Assembly (NCBI GenBank): GCA_016933045.1
Contig: JAFGBR010000021.1
Location: 24,886 to 88,885, forward strand
Reading direction: 5' to 3'
Length of the DNA stretch: 64,000 nt
From: Marinilabiliaceae bacterium
GTDB taxonomy: Bacteria > Bacteroidota > Bacteroidia > Bacteroidales > Marinilabiliaceae
Positions 30,453-38,228 of this stretch are shown here, piece after piece. The notes beneath the pieces are model-generated. The model was not told where the DNA came from, did not search any database, and saw only the letters and a list, made by a program, of their open reading frames with translations. Positions within the stretch are counted from its first letter, which is position 1; the number at the start of each line of letters is the position of its first letter. The position numbers were made by a program, and so were the translations under genes.

Positions 30453-30494
30453 AAAATAGTTATTAAGAAACCATGGTTTCTTAATAACTATTTT
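30453..30494. terminator. 42-nt perfect palindrome, bidirectional terminator between convergent genes
   Basis: AAAATAGTTATTAAGAAACCA|TGGTTTCTTAATAACTATTTT. T-runs follow on both strands. It abuts the prfB stop codon (30495-30497). Confidence 0.75.
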
Positions 30495-31599
30495 TTAATT
30501 GTTTGTTGTTTGGCAATTACTAAACTCCATTAAATAGGCTTTAATGAATTCGTCGATATCGCCATCGAGTACAGCGTTTACATTACTGGTTTCGTAGTTT
30601 GTGCGAACGTCTTTTACAAGTTTATATGGTTGTAAAACGTATGATCTGATTTGCGATCCCCATTCAATTTTTTTCTTTTGGCTTTCGATTTTATTTTGTT
30701 CTTCAAGTCTTTTTCGGAGTTCAATTTCGTAAAGCTGTGACTTTAACAGTCGGAGAGCATTTTCTTTGTTTCCTAGTTGCGATCTCGATTCGGTATTTTC
30801 AATAATAATGCCCGATGGAGCATGTCGTAAACGAACGCCGGTTTCGACTTTATTAACGTTTTGACCTCCGGCACCACCCGATCGGAATGTGTCCCATGTA
30901 ATATCGGCCGGATTAATATTTACTTCGATAGTATCGTCTATTAACGGGATTACGAATACCGAAGTAAATGATGTCATTCGTTTGTTAGCTGCATTATAAG
31001 GCGATAAACGCACCAGGCGGTGAACTCCGTTTTCGCTTTTTAGATATCCATATGCATATTCTCCTTCGAATTGTAAAGTAACAGTTTTAATGCCGGCTTC
31101 ATCACCCGGTTGATAGTTTACTTCCTTAACTTTATATCCGTGACGTTCGCCATACCTGATGTACATTCGCATAAGCATTTCGGCCCAATCCTGACTTTCA
31201 GTACCTCCAGCGCCGGCATTTATTTTTAGCACAGCGCCAAATTTATCTTCTTCTCGGCGCAGCATGTTTTTAAGCTCAAGAGCTTCTATTATTCGAATAG
31301 TTTCGTTGAATTGTTGGTCAATATCTGTTTCTGTTGCATCGCCATTTTTTTGGAAATCAATAAGAACCTCAAGATCTTCAATGGCACTTTCAGCTTTTTC
31401 GTAACCCGAAACCCAATCTTTTAATTCTCTAAGATTTCTCATGTGTTCTTCAGCACTTTTAGGGTCATCCCAAAAGGCGGGTGCCTGAGAACGAATCTCA
31501 TCTTCATCTATTTGTAATCGTTTTTTGTCTATGTCAAAGATACCCCCTCAACGCCTGCTGGCGTTTTACAAGATCTTTTAATTGATCAGTTGTAATCAT
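30495..31599 (-). CDS. prfB: peptide chain release factor 2 (requires programmed +1 frameshift at 31533-31539)
   Basis: ORF0 is MITTDQLKDLVKRQQALRGYL-UGA (31599-31534). The +1 frame continues as DIDKKRLQIDEDEIRSQAPAFWDDPKSAEEH and joins the track ORF 30495..31442. The SPF-type region and GGQ motif (RSGGAGGQNVNKVET) are present. Confidence 0.93.
31533..31548 (-). promoter_or_regulatory. prfB: RF2 autoregulatory +1 frameshift site: AGGGGG-UAU-CUU-UGA-C
   Basis: The minus strand reads AGGGGGTATCTTTGAC, identical to the classical E. coli prfB shift cassette (SD-like element, slippery CUU, UGA, then C). Confidence 0.9.
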
Positions 31600-31677
31600 G
31601 ATAAAAATATTTTTTGAAGTGCAAAATTAGTAAAAATAGAGTCCGATAAGAAATATAATTTATTTGATAATTGTTTG

Positions 31678-33126
31678 TTAATACTTTCGGTTAGATCCGG
31701 TACAATAGCGAGAAGAGTATTTTATTGATTTATAATGACCTAAATTGCCGGCTTTTTCCCATTCTTTGCAGGCTTTGTCTTTCATTCCCAAGTTGTACTG
31801 GGCTATTCCCAGATTGAAGATTGCATAGGTGTCTTTAGGATTTTTTTTTAAGGCAGTTTCTAGATCTTTTATGGCAGCAAGATAGTTTTCGCCATTAATT
31901 TTCATCATTCCCCTAATAGAATATATGCCGGGTAAATTGGGCGATAGCTCAATAGCTTTGTCAATGTCGGGTTCGGCAGTGTTTTTGTTTTCGATATATT
32001 GAAGTGTAAACCGAGCCTTTTCGTAAAATCCTGCACCATAAGTTGAATCAACTTCTATTGCTTTTTGGAAGTTAAGGTAGGCAACTTCAAGGTTTTTGTT
32101 AAGTTCAATTTGCAGTTTCCCATGTTCAACAAGGGCATTTGGAAATTTAGGGTTTTTTTCGATACAAATAGAGAAGTTTACAAGTGCATCTTCTTTTCTG
32201 AGGTTGGATAAGGAGTGTAAGCCATTAAAGTAATAAGGTAAAAAGCAGTCGGGGTTTAATTGTTTACACATTTGAAAATCTTCTTTACATCCATAACTGT
32301 TTTGGTACATAAACCGGGAATGACCTCGTAGAGCATATAATTCGGCATTGTCTTTTACGAGATTAATGTAATTTGAGAATGATTTTGCAGCATTTTCGTA
32401 TAATTCATTTGTTAAGTAAAAAAGTCCTTCGTTATAACCTTGAAATAATTGGTTTTTAATTTTAGGATTAGTATTAATTAGTTGAGGGGGGAGGTTTATG
32501 TTTATCCAGTTGGAATCGTTTATTATTGTTGTTGATAAAGCTAATGGTGATGTGTTGGATGTGTATGAATTAATAATGCCAATTAATTCGCCCCGGTTAT
32601 TAACAATGGGGGCTCCAAAGCTTTTTTGAGACATATTATTGTTTAATAATGCAATTCGTTTAATAAATAGCTGGTATTTAATTTCTTTTGCAGATACAAT
32701 TGCCATTCCATCATCCATGTCGTTAGGATGTCCGAATATGAGAAGTTCCTGATTTTCTTTAATGAATTGTTTTGATGGAATAAGGTAGTTATATTCTTTT
32801 AGCTTTGGGGCGTTAGATTTAACAATTACTAAGTTTGCTTTTGGGTTTGATTGTAAAATTTTTTCAACTGCAAATTTTTTCCCATTTCTGGTTTTTAATG
32901 TTACGGAATCGGACAGGAAAAATAGGTGTGCGGGAATAATTGCGATTCCATCGGCACTAATAAAGAATCCGGATCCCTCGGTTAAAATATTTCCGTTTTT
33001 AGTTTGGCATAAAACGGTTAAGGCTGCTTTTTCGGTTTGTTCAATTATTTCAACCAACCGTTGAGCATTTGTAAATGCCGGTAATAATGAAATGAATAGA
33101 AATAGAGTTTTGTATAGTTTTGTCAT
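31678..33126 (-). CDS. secreted protein: trypsin-like (S1C/Trypsin_2-like) N-terminal domain with degenerate triad, plus C-terminal TPR repeats
   Basis: 482 aa with a signal peptide. GSGFFISADGIAIIPAHLF has His present. The Asp position reads ANLVIV and the Ser motif reads KSFGAPIV instead of GxSGGP. The C-terminal half has repeated TPR-like A..F...I...P......G patterns. Confidence 0.65.
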   Translation of the reverse strand: MTKLYKTLFLFISLLPAFTNAQRLVEIIEQTEKAALTVLCQTKNGNILTEGSGFFISADGIAIIPAHLFFLSDSVTLKTRNGKKFAVEKILQSNPKANLVIVKSNAPKLKEYNYLIPSKQFIKENQELLIFGHPNDMDDGMAIVSAKEIKYQLFIKRIALLNNNMSQKSFGAPIVNNRGELIGIINSYTSNTSPLALSTTIINDSNWININLPPQLINTNPKIKNQLFQGYNEGLFYLTNELYENAAKSFSNYINLVKDNAELYALRGHSRFMYQNSYGCKEDFQMCKQLNPDCFLPYYFNGLHSLSNLRKEDALVNFSICIEKNPKFPNALVEHGKLQIELNKNLEVAYLNFQKAIEVDSTYGAGFYEKARFTLQYIENKNTAEPDIDKAIELSPNLPGIYSIRGMMKINGENYLAAIKDLETALKKNPKDTYAIFNLGIAQYNLGMKDKACKEWEKAGNLGHYKSIKYSSRYCTGSNRKY

Positions 33127-33144
33127 TCATATTTCATTTGGTAT

Positions 33145-33152
33145 CAAAATTA
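33145..33152 (-). promoter_or_regulatory. -7 promoter box TAATTTTG (minus strand)
   Basis: The plus strand reads CAAAATTA, 19 nt upstream of ATG 33126. Confidence 0.35.
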
Positions 33153-33270
33153 GTAAAATAATAAATTGATGGGGATGATAATGGGGTGTGTAGCTAACGA
33201 ACCGGCCTGTTTTTGATGAATTGATGTTTTTGAATGTTAAACTATGAAGATTGATTATGTATTAATTAAT

Positions 33271-33303
33271 AAAAAAAGCCTAACACAATATGTATTAGGC
33301 TTT
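33271..33303 (-). terminator. Rho-independent terminator downstream of tRNA-His
   Basis: AGCCTAA-N11-TTAGGCT hairpin (33277-33301). On the minus strand it is followed by a U7 run. Confidence 0.7.
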
Positions 33304-33304
33304 G

Positions 33305-33379
33305 GGTGAAAGACCGGGTTCGAACCGGCGACCTCTGGAACCACAATCCAGCGCTCTAACCAGCTGAGCTACATTCACC
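33305..33379 (-). tRNA. tRNA-His (anticodon GTG)
   Basis: A cloverleaf folds by hand: encoded G-1 pairing with C73, D stem GCTC/GAGC, anticodon stem CTGGA/TCCAG with loop TTGTGGT, T arm GCCGG-TTCGAAC-CCGGT. One U6-U67 mismatch in the acceptor stem. CCA is not encoded. Confidence 0.88.
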
Positions 33380-33400
33380 ATTTTTTTGCTAAAAGCGATG

Positions 33401-33408
33401 CAAAGATA
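33401..33408 (-). promoter_or_regulatory. -7 promoter box TATCTTTG for tRNA-His
   Basis: The plus strand reads CAAAGATA, 22 nt upstream of the tRNA 5' end. Confidence 0.4.
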
Positions 33409-33523
33409 ATGTTAAATCTTTTAATTTCGCAAATCGTTTTGTGAAATTATTAAAGGATAATTTACTTTTTTTGATTTTTAAATGTAAAATATTGGAGTTG
33501 TGAAGTTTAATTTTTGAATTATT

Positions 33524-34234
33524 ATGCAAATGAAATATTATTTAAATGATCCTAAAGTTGAAAATGATTTTAACCAGATTTTACAACTAATAAATTTACG
33601 TAAGAATGGAGAGGTTGCTGATTTGATGAAAACGGAGCAGAATAGTTATATAGTTAGTTATGGTGTGTCGGCTATGCATATTAAAGAAATTGCTCAATTA
33701 TTTAAAAAGAACACTCTTTTATCGTCGAAGTTGTGGTTTATGGGAGTGCGTGAAACAATGATCATTGCCACAATGTTGATCGATTTTGATAGTTATAATA
33801 TTGATGATTGTAATGAGTGGATTAATGAGATTAAAACATCAGAAGTGGCTGATTTATTTGCTCAAAATGTTTTGTCGAAGCTTGATTTTGCTTTTAATGT
33901 AGTAAATGGATTATATGATAATTCAAATGTTTTGGATTTATCAATTGCCAATTGGACTGTTGGTTGGATGTTGCGTAATAGTAGTTTAAATGCAGGAATG
34001 GAAACTGAATTTGTATTAAGTAAGGTGAAGGTAAAATACGATGATAGTTTTTTTCTAAGATCGGTTTCGTTTTTAATGCGACAATTGATTCGTAATTCTT
34101 TAGATGGTAAGGATCAGGTTTTGATTTGGCTAAATGCAAACAAAAATAATGATAATTACTCAACTAAATGGATTTTTGAAGATATTAATACAGAACTGAA
34201 CTGGGGTGGTTCTTCGGATAATATTAACAATTAA
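33524..34234 (+). CDS. HEAT-like repeat protein, DNA alkylation repair (AlkC/AlkD-like) family candidate
   Basis: 236 aa. ...SYGVSAMHIKEIAQLF....SSKLW..GVRETMIIATMLID......CNEWI fits the usual 'yGv..p.lr.iak...la..Lw.s...E.r.la' pattern of that family. By-eye call only. Confidence 0.45.
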   Translation: MQMKYYLNDPKVENDFNQILQLINLRKNGEVADLMKTEQNSYIVSYGVSAMHIKEIAQLFKKNTLLSSKLWFMGVRETMIIATMLIDFDSYNIDDCNEWINEIKTSEVADLFAQNVLSKLDFAFNVVNGLYDNSNVLDLSIANWTVGWMLRNSSLNAGMETEFVLSKVKVKYDDSFFLRSVSFLMRQLIRNSLDGKDQVLIWLNANKNNDNYSTKWIFEDINTELNWGGSSDNINN

Positions 34235-34260
34235 AAAATGTTTTTATGCTTTTTGAAATG

Positions 34261-34335
34261 TGGGTTGTACTGGATTCGAACCAGTGACCCCTACCCTGTC
34301 AAGGTAATGCTCTAAACCAACTGAGCTAACAACCC
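34261..34335 (-). tRNA. tRNA-Val (anticodon GAC)
   Basis: GGGTTGT/ACAACCC acceptor stem, GCTC/GAGC D stem, anticodon loop TTGACAG, T arm ACTGG-TTCGAAT-CCAGT, discriminator A. Confidence 0.9.
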
Positions 34336-34370
34336 TAATTTATATGCTAAAGTAAAAATAATTTTTAATT

Positions 34371-34378
34371 CAAATTTA
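34371..34378 (-). promoter_or_regulatory. -7 promoter box TAAATTTG for tRNA-Val
   Basis: The plus strand reads CAAATTTA, 36 nt upstream of the tRNA 5' end. Confidence 0.4.
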
Positions 34379-34578
34379 TTCCTTTGGCTATATTTTTGAA
34401 AGTCAATATTCGAATAATATTTTATGGAATAATTGAAAAAAAAAATTTTTAATTAAATATTGAGTATTTTTAATATTTGATTTATGAATATTTTATAAAA
34501 TCGAATTTAAACCTATAATAAAACACTATTGTTATAGCAATCTATTTTAGGTACTTTTGGACAGCAATTATTTATATT

Positions 34579-34914
34579 ATGACATTTAACGAGGAGTGGG
34601 ATGAATTTTTATTAAAAGCCAGTAAACATTTTAATGTAATGGCAAACCAGGAATTTTTATTGTTTCTTGCAGGAATTCAGGCGCTAGGGAAGGGGTATAA
34701 AAGTTATAGTAAGCAGGAGAAAATGGATTTGATAGCATTAGGACAATGTAAACTATTAAGTCAAAAAGGTTTTATGATTGCTGTTGGTAATGATTATGAA
34801 GGTTGGCCAACATTTGAGGCTAAAACGTCTTTAGATGTGATGTCTTATTTAGAAAAAGAGAGATTGATGCGAGAGGCATTAATGGAATATTATGAACAAG
34901 TTATAAATAATTAA
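34579..34914 (+). CDS. hypothetical cytoplasmic protein (111 aa)
   Basis: Clean ORF with no signal peptide. A TACTTTTG -7 box sits at 34552-34559. 20-nt gap to the first PPIase gene. No family recognised. Confidence 0.5.
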   Translation: MTFNEEWDEFLLKASKHFNVMANQEFLLFLAGIQALGKGYKSYSKQEKMDLIALGQCKLLSQKGFMIAVGNDYEGWPTFEAKTSLDVMSYLEKERLMREALMEYYEQVINN

Positions 34915-34934
34915 TTACAATTAAAAAACTAATA

Positions 34935-35741
34935 ATGAAGAAATTATCAATTCTTTTTATGGTGGTCTTATCAGTAGCATGTGCAAATTCGCAAAAAGGA
35001 CCAAAAGTGATTGTTCACACCGATTTGGGCGATATGACCATTGAACTTTATGATGAAACACCACAACACCGCGATAACTTTTTGAAGCTTGCAAATGAGC
35101 ATTACTTCGATAGTTTGTTATTCCATCGTGTTATAGATGGTTTTATGATTCAGGGAGGAGATCCTGATTCGAAAAATGCAACCGAAGGTCAAATGTTAGG
35201 ACAAGGAGGTCCTGATTATACAATACCAGCAGAGATAAATTATCCTAAGTATTTTCATAAAAAAGGTGCATTAGCCGCTGCACGTATGGGCGATGAAATG
35301 AATCCAGAGAAGGAGTCGTCGGGTTCGCAATTTTATATTGTAATGGGTGAGGTTCTTAACGATGAAGCAATAGCTCAGGCAGAACAGGGAATGTTAGGTC
35401 AGAAACGCCAAGCCGCCGGCGATTCAATATTTAAGCCTTATGTTGATAGTTTACGTTTTTATCAAAGTCAAAACGACTCTGTTAAATTTATGGCATTATA
35501 TCAGAAAGCTTATGGAGAGGCAGTTGCTGCAGCGCAGTCAGTTGATACCTTTAAATTGCCCGAAGCAATTGTTCAAACCTATAAAACAGTTGGAGGAGCC
35601 CCAATGCTTGATGGTGCTTACACTGTATTTGGTGAAGTTGTTGAAGGTTTAGATGTTATTGATAAAATTGCAAAAGTTGAAAAAGATAACAATGACCGTC
35701 CGTTAAAGAATGTGAAGATGTGGGTTGAAGTTATTAAATAA
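34935..35741 (+). CDS. peptidylprolyl isomerase, cyclophilin type, lipoprotein (with internal ~70-aa insertion)
   Basis: Lipobox LSVAC. FHRVIDGFMIQGGDP, GSQFYIV and YTVFGEVVEGLDVIDKI. Confidence 0.88.
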   Translation: MKKLSILFMVVLSVACANSQKGPKVIVHTDLGDMTIELYDETPQHRDNFLKLANEHYFDSLLFHRVIDGFMIQGGDPDSKNATEGQMLGQGGPDYTIPAEINYPKYFHKKGALAAARMGDEMNPEKESSGSQFYIVMGEVLNDEAIAQAEQGMLGQKRQAAGDSIFKPYVDSLRFYQSQNDSVKFMALYQKAYGEAVAAAQSVDTFKLPEAIVQTYKTVGGAPMLDGAYTVFGEVVEGLDVIDKIAKVEKDNNDRPLKNVKMWVEVIK

Positions 35742-35821
35742 TATAAATTTTAAGAACCTCGGATAATTGTTGTATCTCATTCAATTATCCGGGGATTTTT
35801 ATTTTAATTAAATGAGATAAT

Positions 35822-36628
35822 ATGCGTTATATAGCTTTAATAATATTATTTTTTTATTTGAATGTTTTAAAGTCGCAAGAGCCGGTTTTTTACGTTAATA
35901 TATTTACCAATATGGGAAATATGAAAGTAAAGCTTTATAATGAAACACCGGGTCACAGAGATAATTTTCTGAAACTAGTTGGTGAAAAGCATTTTGATGG
36001 AACACTGTTTTATCGTGTAGTAAAAAATTTTGTAATACAAGGTGGTTCTTCTGACTCTCGAAATGCACCAGCCGGAAAGCATATTGGTTATGGCAATGGA
36101 GCTGTTAATATTAATTCGGAGTTTAATAAATCGTTATTTCATAAAAAAGGAGCTATATGCGCCCCACGTCAACCAGCTGACATTAATCTTTTTAAAATGT
36201 CGGATATTAGTCAGTTTTATATAGTAAAAGGGCAGGTTTTTACTAATGAGAAACTTGATTTGATGGAGAAAGCCCGAAATAACCCAATAAAAAAAGCATT
36301 AAAAGAAAAATATTATTTACCCAAAAAGGAAGAGTTGGCAAAGCTGAAAGATACTGATCCCAAGGCTTTTAATAAGCTTCTTAGAGAGATAAAAGAGAAA
36401 ATAAATTTTGATTACAGTTTGTCGAATAAGTTAGAATTTAGTGAAGTACAACGAAATGCGTACACTACAATTGGAGGATGTCCGGATTTGGATGGTGAAT
36501 ATACCGTATTTGGTGAAGTAGTTGAAGGGTTGAGTGTGATTGATAAAATAGCAGCTATGCCTACCGATAAAAATGACAGGCCGCTTACCGATGTTAAAAT
36601 CAGAGTGTCAGTTGTTATAAAAAAATAA
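35822..36628 (+). CDS. peptidylprolyl isomerase, cyclophilin type, secreted (with internal insertion)
   Basis: Signal peptide. FYRVVKNFVIQGG, SQFYIV and YTVFGEVVEGLSVIDKI. Confidence 0.88.
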   Translation: MRYIALIILFFYLNVLKSQEPVFYVNIFTNMGNMKVKLYNETPGHRDNFLKLVGEKHFDGTLFYRVVKNFVIQGGSSDSRNAPAGKHIGYGNGAVNINSEFNKSLFHKKGAICAPRQPADINLFKMSDISQFYIVKGQVFTNEKLDLMEKARNNPIKKALKEKYYLPKKEELAKLKDTDPKAFNKLLREIKEKINFDYSLSNKLEFSEVQRNAYTTIGGCPDLDGEYTVFGEVVEGLSVIDKIAAMPTDKNDRPLTDVKIRVSVVIKK

Positions 36629-36630
36629 TT

Positions 36631-37917
36631 ATGAGTCGTTTTTTGATAATATTTTTTGCTTTAGTTATTGTAGCTTGTAAAATTGATACGCCAGTTAAAT
36701 CGAAAATACATGCTAAAGCAAAGTCAAATTCCTATGAAAAAAATGTAAAAGGTTTGGTTTCGATAAAAACTTATAATCTTTATAACCAAGAGATAGGTAA
36801 AGGATTTGGTTTTTATATCGATAAGAAAACGGTTGTTGCCAATCTCGATTTGATAAGTGGTTGTTTTAAAGCTAAAGTTGCACCTCTTGGAGCTGATGAT
36901 TATTATGATGTAGTGGGTTATTCAGCAATAAGTCATACCGATAATTTGGTATTGCTTAGTACTCTTTTTACTAAAAAGGATTATTTAAGAATTGATTTGA
37001 GAGTTGAGCCTGGCGATTCGCTTTATTCGTTATATCGCAAGGATCGAAAGTTGTATGTTCGAAAACTTAAGTCAGGTTCGATTTTGAAAACCGATTCGAC
37101 AGAAATGAATCAATTGTATGGTAAGGTAGTTGCAGGAGAGGCTGTTTTTAACACTAATGATAAGTTGGTTGGAATAGTTCAAAATCGAAAAGTAAGAGAT
37201 TCAACATTTAAGTGTTTTGTTGGTGTTGAAAAGATAAGCGTATTGGCTAAAAAACAAATAACACTTAAATCGCTTAATGAATTAAGTTTGGAAAGGAATA
37301 AAGTTTATCCTTCTCATACAGGAATTAGAGGTTTTCGAGTTAAAACTACCATGGGAAATATTGATATTCGTTTATTCGATCAAACCCCTGAGTATCGTGA
37401 TAATTTTATTCGATTGGTGAGTGATGATTTTTACGATAGTTTGTTGGTTCATCGTGTGATAAACGATTTTTTGATTCAAACGGGAGCTGCAGATACTAAA
37501 CATGCTAAACGCAATGATATGGTTGGTTGGCAGGGACCTGGTTATACTTTGCCAATAAAAATTGTTCGCGGATTGTTTCATAAACGAGGTGCTATTGCTG
37601 CATCAAAACTTCCAGGTGATAGAAATCCACGTAATCGTTGCGATGGATCTCAGTTTTATATTGTTAGTGGAAGGGTTTTTTCAAATATCGAGTTGGACGA
37701 TCTTGAAAAAAGTAAAGGAATAAAATATACCGATGAGCAACGAAAAATATATACAACGGTTGGAGGTGCTCCTTATCTCGATGGCGATTACACTGTTTTT
37801 GGAGAAGTAATAAGTGGAATGTCATTAGTTGATGCTATTTCTAAAATAGATACTTACAATGGCGATCGTCCGATTAAAGATGTTAGGATAAGAGATATTG
37901 AAATACTATGGAAATAG
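36631..37917 (+). CDS. lipoprotein: degenerate trypsin-like domain fused to a C-terminal cyclophilin PPIase
   Basis: Lipobox IVAC. N-terminal ~230 aa are Trypsin_2-like (GKGFGFYIDKKTVVANLDLI ... DNLVLLS ... VVAGEAVFNTNDKLVGIV). The His and Ser positions appear substituted. The C-terminal region has VHRVINDFLIQTG, GSQFYIV and YTVFGEVISGMSLVDAI. Confidence 0.8.
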   Translation: MSRFLIIFFALVIVACKIDTPVKSKIHAKAKSNSYEKNVKGLVSIKTYNLYNQEIGKGFGFYIDKKTVVANLDLISGCFKAKVAPLGADDYYDVVGYSAISHTDNLVLLSTLFTKKDYLRIDLRVEPGDSLYSLYRKDRKLYVRKLKSGSILKTDSTEMNQLYGKVVAGEAVFNTNDKLVGIVQNRKVRDSTFKCFVGVEKISVLAKKQITLKSLNELSLERNKVYPSHTGIRGFRVKTTMGNIDIRLFDQTPEYRDNFIRLVSDDFYDSLLVHRVINDFLIQTGAADTKHAKRNDMVGWQGPGYTLPIKIVRGLFHKRGAIAASKLPGDRNPRNRCDGSQFYIVSGRVFSNIELDDLEKSKGIKYTDEQRKIYTTVGGAPYLDGDYTVFGEVISGMSLVDAISKIDTYNGDRPIKDVRIRDIEILWK

Positions 37918-38133
37918 TATTTGTATTGCATTTGGGATGAGTTAGTAAGAAAGGATTTTTTTGTAAATATCTTTAAACATTTGCAAAGTGATAAATTAAT
38001 ATCGAAGTATTGTTTCATTATGATAGTTTTCAGTTGTCCCTTTTTCCTGATTAGTTTTTTAAGGAAACTCCAGTATTGTTTATTATAAGGCTGTTCTATT
38101 CAAATTGTTCCAATATATTTAAAAGGTTATTAT

Positions 38134-38141
38134 TATCTTTG
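38134..38141 (+). promoter_or_regulatory. -7 promoter box TATCTTTG for lysS
   Basis: TAnnTTTG match 88 nt upstream of ATG 38229. Confidence 0.4.
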
Positions 38142-38228
38142 CAGCGATTTTTGCTAATTTTTATAATTTTTTTTTAAAAAATAAAAGGCAAATATCAGAT
38201 GGAGTCTATTTGAAAAACAGTCAAATCA

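Noticed and set aside
33305-34335. A plus-strand gene flanked by two minus-strand tRNA genes could mark a small genomic island.
   Set aside because: There is no integrase, no direct repeat of a tRNA 3' end and no obvious compositional shift. Each tRNA has its own -7 box. It looks like ordinary gene arrangement.
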